This document shows, one piece after another, positions 10,949-25,290 of a stretch of DNA of 64,000 bases. The stretch lies in NCBI RefSeq assembly GCF_009914755.1, contig NC_060926.1; one strand, given 5' to 3'. Under the pieces are notes generated by a model. It was not told where the DNA came from. It saw nothing but the letters and a program-made list of their open reading frames with translations, and did no database searches. Position 1 is the first letter of the stretch; each line of letters begins with the position of its first letter. The stretch comes from the human T2T-CHM13v2.0 reference genome, Homo sapiens. Made by a program: the position numbers and the translations under genes.

Positions 10949-13900
10949 TAGAAGGCAAATGTCCAGGCAAGAAAAATGAGAAATGATTGGAGGAGTGGTT
11001 GGTGAGCAAGTCTGAAGTGAGCTCTTCTTATTCAGCAACATAGCATACTTTTAAACCTCTTTGATGGAAAGAGCAAATTGCCTGTCTACTCCCGAGTTTT
11101 TAAATCCCAGCCAGTTTTATGAAAAATCCATTAAATCAACCCAAATGAGCTACTGGCATTCCATTCTTTCTGCCCATTCTCAATGCTTATTATGCCATAT
11201 AATGAATTTCGGTGGCTTGTGTTTGGGGACGTGGTTCTATATAACCCTGTGTCCGTTTCTTCATTCCAGTTCTATTTCCTGCCTCATGATTTCTTTGGAC
11301 TTTAATGTCCTCTCTGCCTGGATTTCCAGTACAGTACTGAGCTGCTAAATTCTCTGTCCCCTTAGCTCTTGACATCCATCACACTCCTCTGTGGGAAGCT
11401 TCTGAGTCTCCACATTCCATCCTCTTGCCACCCACTCCTACTAAAAGCCCCGGGTGACTCTGCTTAAAGCCACAGGGGAACAGAAGATAGTCTCTGACTT
11501 CAGGAAAGCATTTTTTTTTCCGTTGAAATCATCTCTTTGTGGTGGACTGTTTTGGTTGGTGACAGCAACCTGCATCCCTCTGAGGGATTTGTCAGAACTC
11601 TATAGGAGAATGCATCGGTGTGTAGACAATCAGAGTGTTCAGAGGAGCCAAGTATTCATAAGAAGCCTTGACAGACTCTGTCAGGAGGAATGTTACCTTT
11701 CTGCCTCCAGTGCTAGAATGTAACTCTAGTCATCTCTTTTAGCTATGGGAACATGGGAGCACTGACCTGTTTGATTACCCTCACATCACTCATTGTAGCT
11801 ATAAAATATCTAAGAAAAAAATCAAATAAATATAACATACCCATCCTTCAAGGCAGAGTAGCTCAAGTGCATGTTAAATATCTGTGGTGTCCTCATCCTT
11901 ATTAGCATTTATCCTTTGCTTAAGGGGCTAGTTCTCTCTCTGGACCATGCCATGACCAGGTCTCCAGACCTTGTTATCATTTTGTAATTTGTTGTATACT
12001 TAAACAGCCAAATAGGCATGAGCAATGTCCTTAGAAACTAGAAATTTAAAATTGCAATGAAGTATCAAATTAGTTTTTATGTGAAGTCAAGTTAAATTGA
12101 TAATCACATTTCCTCAAGAACACTTAGGCAAGGTCCTTGAGGAGAGAAGCCATGTTAACAGGCACCTTTGCACTCTATATGTTGTCTACATAGAAGATAC
12201 TCTAGATGCACATTCAAGTCGAAGCTAAGAAAAATGAGTGTTGTACATGGGTGTGTGTATGTGTCAGTCTACTCTTTCCATAATGGACAGCACTGGTCTT
12301 CTTTGCATCATCAAGCTGGAATTGACTATTTGCAGAATTTGAATACCATGCCCATGCATTCAATTGTTAAGAGTCTCAGAGTAGCACAGAATCATCTCTG
12401 GTCTTCCAAGATTGTCTCTCTTTCTCAAAATAGAAGTCTGAGTAAGTTTTGTTTTTTGTTTTTGTTTTTGTTTTGTTCTGCAGGTTCCATTTCAGTCTGC
12501 CTCAGATGGTTTGCATTAACCTTTTTTCAGATTCTCTCCTGGTGTTAATGACTACATTATGACCATTTTAAAAAGCCAGATGTACATTGATCCACCTATG
12601 GCAATTATTAAGGAAAAGATACTCCATTTAATGCATTATAACCAAAATATCTTTCTTCACCACGTGTAGGAACTTAAGAAATGATGTCTCTTTTTGGGAA
12701 GATCTTACATTTTATTTCCAAGGTGAACAATGGTTGTACTTAGTTTTCTTTAAAACTATTTTCTTGCTTTTTATATGATTTTCTCATGGTAAGATTTCAT
12801 GTTAACATATACAGAATAAGGTGAAGCATGCAAGCGTTAAGGATTCTTCTGACATAGTGCCCAAGAGCCACCAATTAACATAATTTTGAACATAACTTCA
12901 GGAAAATTTGTGATATTTCAGAGTCTTAAAAAAAAACCTAAGTAGACTGCCTATACTTTAAATAGTGGGAGCAGAAATTCCTAAAATGATTGACTTTCCA
13001 AGATGACATTTGAGGAAATATGAGATCTAACAATCGAAACATTTTAAAAATCATACAAGAACTCATGAGCCTGAGAAATTCACATAATTCTGGCTGTACT
13101 TTTCCTCTGTAGGAAAGTGGATAATCCAAGAGATAAAAGAGAAATAATAAATGTAATATATTACATTAAGCATGCAATGTTTGCATGCTTAATGGAATAA
13201 GCTCCCTATGTTATGTTCACAAACACAACCAGGGTATAGACTGTGAATTACAAAGTTGTTAGAATAATGCAACCAGTTAAGAAGCTGCATTTAGATTTTA
13301 AGGACAAAAAAAAATAATCACTTCTGTACCACTTTTAAGTAATATGAAACATTTTCTAAGACGTGGTGTTCCAAAGCTCACAACGGTCTTTGGAATGGGA
13401 AAGGCAGACATTGTTATTATATTTGGTATAGATGAAAATACTGAAGTTTGAAGAATGCAAGTGTCCTACTCAAGTCAATGCACTAGAAAATGGTAAACCT
13501 GGGACACATATCCTTGTTCTGACTCCAAAGCCTTTACTTCCTACTACTATGAAGCTAAAGCAGATAAATGAGTGTATTGCCCTAAATCTACAATATTTTA
13601 ATAATGCACTGACTTGATTGCTAAAATAAGGAATCTAAGGCAGTGGCGACCTCTACTAAGTGGATTGCCCTACCTTAAAAGACTCCTGCCCTTCCAAGTC
13701 TTGGATTAGTGTGGCATGGATTTATGTAAATACTAGTAAAAATAGCACAGTCTTTACTGAAATGGTTTAAAATTTTTCAACATGAGAAGCAGATAAAGCT
13801 AAATATATCACAGAAAATGAAATAATGAAATATTATTGATGTAAAACACATTTGAAAGAAGGATAAATTAATAATTCATTGTTCAGTTCTGAGTTCCACA

Positions 13901-14417
13901 GAATTTTAAGCGAATGGTAAATAACGCAGTAAGAATTCAGGATAGCAAAGAAAATTATTAATGTTTCAAAAGAGCACATCTATGGAGAAACATTTTAAAA
14001 CATAGGCATTGTGATTTGCCTGTTGTTAGGATAATTAAAAGAGCTTATAAAGAAAAAGTTTAAACTGGATCTCAGTTCTGGTCTCAGATGTAGACATGGA
14101 AGGGGAAGAACATATATAAAGAAAATGATGACCTCAGGAGCTGCTGAGTTAGGGTCAAGGTGGAGATTAGGTGTCCTGAGGCAGACACCCATGGGAATGG
14201 GTCCACCAAGGCCATGCTCAGTGCAGCGACCCACCTCTTCCTCAGTTCTCCTTTCCACCACCCCATCCATGCTCTCATTAGCACACCAGGGATACTGAAG
14301 TGTGTTTATCTGGTCTCCCTTCCCCAAACACATCACTACCTTAATCTTCCAGACAAACTAGAACACCCTTCCTATTATTTTTTTCCCCCTTTAGTGGCTC
14401 TCATTTGCTATCTCAAA

Positions 14418-14920
<503 letters not shown>

Positions 14921-15059
14921 TCTGGAGCATAACCAGAACCTTCACCCAGGCATCCTAGGCCTAGGCTTACTCTCCTCCTTGCCCATTACCCTTAGCACAC
15001 AGTCTTCACTCCACCTGCTACTGTCCTCCTCTTCATGGTCATTATTACAATTAGAATTA

Positions 15060-15365
15060 AAATAGTAATGACTCCTGTTTATTTAATGCATATTATATGC
15101 CAAGTACATACCATGTTTATGAGATTATGAAAAAACAAAACAAAGAAGCCTCATAAGACCATTTGGTTTCTTTGTTTTTTGTTTGTTTGTTTTTGTTTTT
15201 GTTTTGTTTTGTTTTGTTTTTAAGCTTAATTTCACAGTAGAGGAAAATGAGGTTTAGCAAGGGTAAGTCTATTTTACAAAGACAAAGAGCTAATTGTCTG
15301 TGGGGCCTGAAATAAAACCCAGGTCTGTCTGGCCCAAAGCCAAGGCTTTTCCCCTAACCTGTGGG
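15060..15365 (-). mobile_element. MIR with inserted (TTTTG)n
   Basis: gaggaaaatgaggtttagcaagggtaagt ... cccaggtctgtctggcccaaagcc; (TTTTG)n at about 15165-15220. Confidence 0.65.
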
Positions 15366-15375
15366 CCCCTCTGCC

Positions 15376-15545
15376 GGAAGTCATTTGGAAATGTCTGGAG
15401 ACATTTTGGATTGTCACCACTGGAGCAAGAGCTACTGACATCTAATGATTAGAGGTGGCCAGGGATGCTGCTAAACCTCCTACAGTGAACAGCTTTCTGC
15501 AATAGAGAGTTATCTGGCTCACAATGACAATAATGCCCAAGTTGT
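15376..15545. mobile_element. MER20 (hAT-Charlie)
   Basis: catttggaaatgtctggagacattttggattgtcac ... ggccagggatgctgctaaacctcctacagtg ... ttatctggctcacaatg. Confidence 0.8.
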
Positions 15546-16255
15546 TCGTTTTCTATCTCCTTCTACAAGAATTTACAGTCTAAAAAAAATAAAAATGAGG
15601 ACTTTTGTTTCCCCACCACAATTTTCCCACTGCCTTAAACAGTACTTATCATAGAATAGGTATATATTTGAATGAGAGTTGAATGTATCGTTTTTAAGTT
15701 AAAGTAACACCTACTTATGGTAAACAAATAAAAGTTTAAAAACAAGCCAAACAAGAGGACCAAAAGAAAATGAAAGTCTTCCTCTCTGTTCCCATTCCCA
15801 ATCTCACATCCCAGTGAAAACCATTTTGATAATTGCTATTCCCCAAGAGTTCTTCTGATTACCATTTTAGTTGTAAATATTATACTTCCATTTCTTAACT
15901 TGGGACAGTATCTATTGATTTACTACAATAAAAAGTGAGAAATTTAGCACACTAACACTTTCTCCCTCTCCCCTCTATTTGTTAGGTTATTATAATTTTT
16001 ATATTGTCAAGGTTTATTATGAATGTATTCTGTTCTGTATTTATAATTAAGCAATCTGTATTTTATGTTGATTCAAAAATATTTTGAATATATTCAAAAA
16101 TATATTTCCCTGTTGAATCAAACACTGTAATCAGAACCACTGAAAAGTAAAGGTAATCTTGTCTCTTCCCAACTCCTGCTTTTCAAGTGAAAATATTCTA
16201 AGTGTTGAGATCCAGAGGCTTTAATGCCTTTTCAACCTAATTTCTTTCTTCTAAA

Positions 16256-16506
16256 CTGGGTTCAGCACACTTTTTCTTTAAAGGGGCAGATAGTAAATAT
16301 TCTTGGCTTTGAGGGTCATCTAATCACCATCACAGCAACTTACATACACAGTTTCTGTCGCAGCTACAATGTACTCTGTCATTGTAGCACAAAAGAAACC
16401 ATAGATAATAAGTAAATGAATAGGCACGGCTGTGTTTCAATAAAACATTATTTACAAAAACAGATGGTGGCTGTATTTGGCCCACAAGTCATGACTTACT
16501 TACCCT
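16256..16506. mobile_element. MER58A (hAT-Charlie)
   Basis: aaggggcagatagtaaatattcttggcttt ... ggctgtgtttcaataaaacattatttacaaaaacag ... atttggccc. Confidence 0.8.
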
Positions 16507-16716
16507 CATTTTAGGCTATATTCGTGTCTCCCAGTGTCTTCTATCTCATGTTATCTTTTCTGTACTTCCTTTTGGTTTGACTGGAGCTCCTTGTGAAAGG
16601 CATTTATTCATATGTGGCCAGTCACTAATAAATCTGAGTCCTTACTTGTTTTAAACTATATATTCACATGGTACTTATACTTGATTGATAATTTGATCAG
16701 GTGTGCAGTTTTGCTC

Positions 16717-16778
16717 CATTACATTTTAGCATCCAGTGTTATTGATACATTACATTTTAGCATCCAGTGTTATTGATA
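16717..16778 (+). repeat. Perfect 31-bp tandem duplication
   Basis: cattacattttagcatccagtgttattgata twice (16717-16747, 16748-16778). Confidence 0.95.
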
Positions 16779-17640
16779 CGAAATCTGAAATAAGTCAGGT
16801 TCTCATTCTTTTGTGAAATACTTTGATGGTTTTCTTTTTAGTAGGCTTTAGGAATTTTGTGTGATTTGGAAATGATGTGTCCAGATGAAGGTCTTTTTTC
16901 ATTTAACCTATTTGGCAATCAGACTATTTTTAATGATATCTTTTTAATTCAAAGGAATTGTGGTTTGCTCTTCTTTGATATTTGTTGCTATTCTCGCCTC
17001 TGTTCTGTGCTTAGGGTATTCCTAATGATAAATATGGAACTTCCAGAACCTATAATGTCTCCTTTTTCAAATATTTTAAGACATTTTTTCACTTTTTCTC
17101 CGTTCTAGGTTTTTTTTCCTTTTTGTCAACTGAATCATCAACTTTACCTTTAGTCCTGCTAATTCTATTTTTAAAAATCAATTCAAATTATGTAATCAAT
17201 TTAAATTCAAATTATTTAGGTACTCATATATTAATTTCCAAGAATTCTTTCTTATTTTCTGATTGATACTTTTCCATAATTCATTTTCAAAAGGATGTTC
17301 ATTTTTAAAGTATGTAAATAACATTCTTTCAAATCTCTCTGAGAAAAATACTTGTAAGTTCTCTCTTCTTTCCTGAATCACCTCTATTTCCTCAAGAGTG
17401 ATTTTTAAAATGTATTGTTATTGTTTGTGCTGCTTATTTTTCTCAAATATCTTGATTTTGAAATTTTTATTTTATTAATTTGTATTTTTTAATTAAAAAA
17501 ATGAATGAAGAACTAGTTGAGGATCATAGGTCGCTGTTGTAAGTTCCTTTGCAGTTGTGTAGCTGTGTATCCCCATTAACTGTGAAGGCTGACTAATGGT
17601 TCTAGGTAAGAGGGCAGAATCTGTCAAGATGCAGGTATCA

Positions 17641-17765
17641 GCAGCGTGTGGTAACTCTCATCTGTAAACTCAGCACTTTAGGAGGCTGAGGCAGTAGGAT
17701 CATTTGAAGCCAGGAGTTCAAGACCAGCCTGGGCAACACACCAAGACCCTGTCTCTACAAAAAAA

Positions 17766-17822
<57 letters not shown>

Positions 17823-18265
17823 TATAAAAAATAATATATATTATATTATATTTTATATTATATATAAATATATAATATAATACATTATATTATATTATAT
17901 ATAAATATATAATATAATATAATACATTATATTTATATTATATTATTATATATATTATAAAATATATATTTATATTATAAAAATATATTTATATTATTAA
18001 AATATATAAGTATATATTTATATATTTATATTATTAAAATATATAAATATATATTTATATATATATACACACACATATTTTAAAATTATATATATACACA
18101 CACACACAAATTAGCTGGATATGGTGGCTTTCGCCTGTAGTCCCAGCCACTTGACAGGCTGATACGAGAGGATCACTGGAGCCCAGGAGTTCAAGGCTGC
18201 AGTGAGCTATGATTGTGTCGCTGCACTCCGGCCTCGGTAACAGATGAAAAAAAAAAAAAAAAAAA
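17641..18265 (+). mobile_element. AluJ with about 350-bp AT-rich expansion of the central linker
   Basis: Left monomer 17641-17758; A run, (TA)n and AT-rich block 17759-18107; right monomer 18108-18246; A19 tail; TSD-like gcaggtatc/gcaggcatc. Confidence 0.9.
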
Positions 18266-19516
18266 GCAGGCATCCCAGAGGGAGTATGGAGCAACAGCTG
18301 GCAAGCTGGCAATGAGCAGGGTAAGATCTTTGCACATCCACCATGTGTTTTAGTTCTGCCTGGATTTATCTGTATTAGACCAGGTTCCAAAACTGATCAC
18401 ATGCTTTCATTAAAGACTAGTTCTTATTTTGAAGACGAAGGCTTCAAGGGTCAAATGTAGTAGCAAGGGAGAAGAAGAAGGGTCTCAAATGTTCTGAATA
18501 AGTTTCTTAATGAATTGCCATGATGTTGCTCCCATAGTCCTCTAGGACTCTGTATTTGATTACGCTAAGCTTGGGGTTTCCTCAGGTTTCTTCAGGGTCC
18601 TACTATTAACAAAACACGTTTCCCTGGTGTTTTTTCTCTTTCTGTCTCAGCCCGTCTGCATTTGATGTCTAGAATATCTTCAAAATTTCTCCTAGGGTTA
18701 CACTGTATTTTTGACAATTTTATTATTTACTGATACTTAATAGAGAGAAGTGTGTGTAAGAATTCTCCTATCACTGATCATATTTCATATTTTTTACTCT
18801 GAATATTCATAATAACAGTATATGTTTGCACTACAATCTTTTCCACTTATTATTTCATTGTTTTACCTCTAGTATTTACTACCTGGTTGGAAAAATTCCT
18901 TTCCTCGGCCTTTATTTTCTGTAAAATAATGATAGGATCTAATTCTCAGTGTTGAGATGGAATATACAAGTACAGATTGTAAGATGTAGAATATAAATGT
19001 CAACTGTCTTTATATATAAGACTTTCTCATGGATCCAGAGTAACAAGTAAATGAAGACCTTGAGATTAACTAGTTACAGGATAACCCCTTCCCTACTGAA
19101 TAGGAATTACAAGGTGATCCCAAGGAGAGGCAAGAAGTAAAACTCCTTCTACAATTCTAAAGAACTAGAAATTATATGGTGGTAGCAGTATTAAAATAAG
19201 CAATTGCACATTGGTATATTTTTCACCTCACAGAAAGACAAAGTTGAAAGCAGACCAAGAATGTAGTTAATAGACTCTCAGCTAAGTAAAAATAAATGTG
19301 AAATTTAGGTTTGGCGGTTTGGCGTAGAATATATGACTTAATGTGTGTGATCCTTGTCTTGGCAATATTAAGAATATGAATATTTATGTTAAAATGAGTA
19401 TAATTTAGTGGTGCTAATTAGCTGCCACAAAACTATTATTGATTTTATCTGGCTTCAGTTAATTGAAAGTTTCTGCTTTCTCAGTGAGATTAAGACATGA
19501 AGCACCCAGTAAAAGG

Positions 19517-20250
19517 AGATACTATCTCACACCAGTTAGAATGGTGATCATTAAAAAGTCAGGAAACAACAGATGCTGGAGAGGAGGTGGAGAAACAGGA
19601 ACACTTTTACATTGTTGGTGGGAGTGTAAACTAGTTCAACCATTGTGGAAGACAGTGTGGTGATTCCTCAAGGATCTAGAACTAGAAATACCATTGGATC
19701 CAGCGATCCCATTACTGGGTATATACCCAAAGCATTATAAATCATGCTACTATAAAGACACATGCACATGTATGTTTATTGCGGCCCTATTCACGATAGC
19801 AAAACCTTGGACACCCAAATGTCCACCAGTGATAGACTGGATTAAGAAAATGTGGCATATATATACCATGGAATACTATGCAGCCATAAAAAAGGATGAG
19901 TTCATGTCCTTTGCAGGGACATGGATGCATCTGGAAACCATCATTCTGAGCAAACTATCACAAAGACAGAAAACCAAACACTGCATGTTCTCACTCATAG
20001 GTGGGAATTGAACAATGAGAACACTTGGACACAGGGCAGGGAACATCACACCTCAGGGCCTGTCATGGGGTAGGAGGCAGGGGGAGGGATAGCATTAGGA
20101 GAAATATCTAATGTAAATGACAAGTTAATGGGTGCAGCAAACCAACACGGCACATGTATACCTATGTAACAAACCTACACGTTGTGCACATGTACCCTAG
20201 AACTTAAAGTATAATTTTAAAAAGAGAAAGAAAAAAAAGAAAATAAAAAT
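19517..20250 (+). mobile_element. L1PA (about L1PA5-8) 3' end, 5' truncated, sense to MAP2
   Basis: ORF2 C-terminus (YLTPVRM ... [14 protein letters not shown]; DPAIPLLGIYPK ... YTMEYYAAIKK), G-rich 3'UTR and A-rich tail. Confidence 0.95.
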
Positions 20251-20984
20251 AACAGTAAAGTGACTTCATTGTAAAAATTGAAGAGGAGACTAAATGTAGA
20301 GAGAAAGCTAAGGATCACAGTGGCCTTTTACTTCAACGTACTGGAAACCATTTGCGGATATGATAAAATGTGTATTTTCCCTAAATTATTAAAACACAGC
20401 ATCTTTATTGATAGCCTTTATTCTTACGAATAAACTGAAAACACATCAAACAGACAAAGCACACCACGTGAATGTATGCAGCATGATGCATCTACAATTA
20501 GATATATGACTGCTATTCATTCTTATTTTCTGCATGCAGTTATTACATTCTAACGTTGACTATTTGCAGAGGATAAGTCGCCAGCCCTAGTTAAATGTTA
20601 ATGGATCTAGTGACATGACATACTTTAAATTCAAGGCCTTATGCAAAGGAATGTGAATAAAATGCATTTGTTTGGCTTTTTATGGCCACTATTAAAAGTA
20701 AAGGAAATGAAACCATAAACAACTATGCTCAAATATTGGCATAGCTGAGGCTGCTTTGTTGCAGTAGAAAATCATATTTATTGATGGTGAAGCTCTGTTT
20801 AACCTACCCAGCCCATCTGGATGGTAATTGAAATTTTAAAATGTACTTGGAGACTTAGGCAAAACATGAAGCGCTAACTCAAAGCGAGTTCATTTTGATG
20901 TGTTTTAATATTCTGTTGTTGCAAAAAGCTGGCACAATTTACAAGTCTTTTTTCTAACTCATACCTAAAGCCAATAATTAATGT

Positions 20985-21375
20985 AGTATAGATTACTTTT
21001 GCCCCCAGTACCTATTATCTCTTTATTCCTCAGTAAAAATAGGACTCCTGCTTTTGGGAGATTCATGGGTAGTTGGCCATTCAGAAAAAGATCCAGAATT
21101 TCAGCCTCTTTTGTAACTAGCTGTGACCATATGACTAAGTTCTGGCCTGTAAGCTAGAAAAGAAGTTTTGTGTGAAATGTGTATCAGCTACTTAAATGGA
21201 GTAAGTGTGCTCTTTGCCACTTCTTCCTCCTTTCTTCTAGTGGGAATTCAGACTTAGTGACTGGAGCTTCAGCAGCCATTTTGAATATGAGATAATCTTA
21301 TAATATATTTCTATTTTGTTTAAGCCACTGTTAATTGGGGTTTTTCCATTACTTACAGCCAAACTTAATCATCTG
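20985..21375 (+). mobile_element. MLT1 (ERVL-MaLR) LTR, old
   Basis: ctagctgtgaccatatgactaagttctggcc ... cagcagccattttg ... tttaagccactg ... ttacttacagccaaac. Confidence 0.65.
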
Positions 21376-21479
21376 TTTGACAATTTTATAACTTTATGTT
21401 TATTTTCAAAGATTCCAAACCATCATTTCATCATCATTTCTCTGTATATAAATCACTTTTATATTAAAATTGTTACCAA

Positions 21480-22505
<1,026 letters not shown>

Positions 22506-22510
22506 ATACT

Positions 22511-23472
22511 TTTTTTAAAATTTATTTATTTTATTTATTTATTTTATTTTTTATTTTATTTTTATTTTATTATTATACTTTAAGTTTTAGGGTACATGTG
22601 CACAATGTGCAGGTTAGTTACATATGTATACATGTGCCATGCTGGTGCGCTGCACCCACTAACTCGTCATCTAGCATTAGGTATATCTCCCAATGCTATC
22701 CCTCCCCCCTCCCCCACCCCACAACAGTCCCCAGAGTGTGATGTTCCCCTTCCTGTGTCCATGTGACCTCATTGTTCAATTCCCACCTATGAGTGAGAAT
22801 ATGTGGTGTTTGGTTTTTTGTTCTTGCAATAGTTTACTGAGAATGATGATTTCCAATTTCATCCATGTCCCTACAAAGGACATGAACTCATCATTTTTTA
22901 TGGCTGCATAGTATTCCATGGTGTATATGTGCCACATTTTCTTAATCCAGTCTATCATTGGTGGACATTTGGGTTGGTTCCAAGTCTTTGCTATTGTGAA
23001 TACTGCCGCAATAAACATACGTGTGCATGTGTCTTTATAGCAGCATGATTTATAGTCCTTTGGGTATATACCCAGTAATGGGATGGCTGGGTCAAATGAT
23101 ATTTCTAGTTCTAGATCCCTGAGGAATCTCCACACTGACTTCCACAATGGTTGAACTAGTTTACAGTCCCACCAACAGTGTCAAAGTGTTCCTATTTCTC
23201 CACATCCTCTCCAGCACCTGTTGTTTCCTGACTTTTTAAAGATTGCCATTCTAACTGGTGTGAGATGATATCTCATTGTGGTTTTGATTTGCATTTCTCT
23301 GATGGCCAGTGATGGTGAGCATTTTTTCATGTGTTTTTTGGCTGCATAAATGTCTTCTTTTGAGAAGTGTCTGTTCATGTCCTTCGCCCACTTTTTGATG
23401 GGGTTGTTTGTTTTTTTCTTGTAAATTTGTTTGAGTTCATTGTAGATTCTGGATATTAGCCCTTTGTCAGAT
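22511..23472 (-). mobile_element. Young L1PA2/L1PA3-like 3' end, about 950 bp, antisense to MAP2
   Basis: Near-consensus 3'UTR; reads actaactcgtcatctagc (GAG state, not the ACA of L1HS-Ta); ORFs 22776-23147 and 23181-23378 are the ORF2 C-terminus. Confidence 0.93.
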
Positions 23473-25084
23473 TTATTCTCTTCTCTTCACCCAAAAAGCA
23501 TACCTAACTGACATCCCAACCAAGGTTCCACTCATCAAAATCCCATCCATCCTCTGGACCATCAAAACCATGTTTGCACCTTCTCCTTTTAATTAGGCAT
23601 TCATTTTTCTTGTGATCATATATCAGACTTTAATTACAGTTATTTTGTTTACAAAATTCTAAATTACTATTGGGAACACATTCTAGAAAATTCAAGTGTT
23701 TTAGAAAAGTTTTATTATAATAGCTGCCTGTATTTAAAAAACCATTTATTACAATTGCCTTCTTGTCAACAGAACAGAAATTTCTGGAGTCTATGGCTGG
23801 TAAATTATTCCTTTTTTGCAAGCAGAATGTCTGGCATATAACAGGCATTTAACAAATATTGAGTTATAATGTAGTGGAATAATAAGTCCGTACTTTGAAA
23901 TTGGATACCCTTGGGTTCAGATCCTCATCAACTGTGAAATATTGGAAATTTACCACACCTCAGGTGTATAAAACAGGAATGATAATAAAAAACTTATTAG
24001 GATATTGAGGGGGTTAATGAAGATAATTTACAGAGAAAAAGTTATATAATTAGTAGTAATTACTATGATCTTCCAAATTACATTACTCTACTCCCTTCTT
24101 AACAAACAAGGTAGGTGCTCAGTTCTTTCTTGATGTTGTTTTGAAACTGAATGGTAAAGTTTGATAAAGACAAAGCCTATCATTAAACAAAAGCTAAGAC
24201 CTATAAAAGGAGCATTGAAGGGACTGCACAGTTTCCTTTACTCTGCCCCTTTGCTTCTTTCTACCCATTTCACTCTTACCCAAAATAAAAACAAACAAAA
24301 CAAAAAAAGCCCACACACATCGACAGGTGAAAAGCAGCAAGATGATAGATGGAACTGTATATTATCCAAAGTCACCAGAAAGGCCTGGAAATTATATACA
24401 ACCTAAATTACACCACCTGAGGCCATTCTTCTCTCAGGAGAAAAGCTGGCAGGGGCAATGTTAAGAGTTCAGCTGTTTCTCTTGAGGTTTATCTGAAATG
24501 CAGATTTGTCCAAGCCTTTCCTAGCTGTTGCAGCCTCCAGACCCACCAGCTGCTGTCAGTCCCCCCAGCTGGCTTAATAGGATTTGTCTTCTCTATAGCC
24601 TGTTTCCGGGGCTGTCTACCATCAGCACATATTCGGGTAGACAGTTTTTCCCCCTAACTAGTGTCAAAATCCCTACCAATCCCCCAAATGGCAAAGATCC
24701 ATTATCACCTGTCTCAAAGAAAGGATTATTTTTTGTGCTTTCTGCCTCTAGCCACATACATAGATGTTATCTTTTGTAAGAGTCCTCAGTCAGTCCCTAT
24801 TAAGGGCAAACCTCCTTGTAGGGCTGACAGAGCCAGGACACGGTGAGTGAGCTGGGAGTCAGCGGCCTTGAATTTGCAGGCTTCCCCAGGTGTTAGCGCT
24901 GCTAGGCTACCTGATTTCAAATGCTTCCCTTCTTCTTCTCTATAAGAGTAATGTCTATTCCATCATTTGAGCTAGGATTGTGACTATGTAGCCTTTCCTG
25001 TAGGTTAAGCTTACACTTTCTTTACATGCACAGATTCTTGCTCAGTTTTTTATGGCTAAGCAAGACACACTGTTGAGAGGCTAA

Positions 25085-25290
25085 TAGCTTGGGTCAGTTC
25101 AGGATTAGACTTCTCACAATGACAGCTGTATGGCTCTTGTCAAGTTGCTCTGTAGGCACAGGTTTCTCACCAGTAAATTTCAATAATACTTACCTCATAG
25201 ACTTGTGAAGAATGGTTGCCATATTGACTGTAAAATACTTAGTCAAGTGCTAGGCACTTCAACATGGACAATAAATGGTGGCTGGTATTC
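25085..25290 (+). mobile_element. MIR fragment
   Basis: caggtttctcaccagtaaa ... tacctcatagacttgtgaagaat ... gtaaaatacttagtcaagtgctaggcac. Confidence 0.6.

Larger units (their letters stand above)
15690..17620 (-). mobile_element. Old L1M-type fragments (interrupted by MER58)
   Basis: T-rich degenerate sequence with antisense L1 character (tgatgtgtccagatgaaggtctttttt, tttagcatccagtgtt ... gaaatctga). Confidence 0.5.

Noticed and set aside
12440-12490. Donor GTAAGT followed by a strong acceptor ttctgcag
   Set aside because: The 42-nt spacing is too short for a normal human intron, and the tract is a simple (TTTTG)n repeat with no convincing downstream donor.
13641-13660. Second CTCF-like motif (minus strand ttagtagaggtcgccac)
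   Set aside because: It has three mismatches in core positions, too weak to call.
22660-22685. Active human-specific L1HS-Ta insertion
   Set aside because: The diagnostic 3'UTR trinucleotide is GAG (ctc on the + strand), not ACA.
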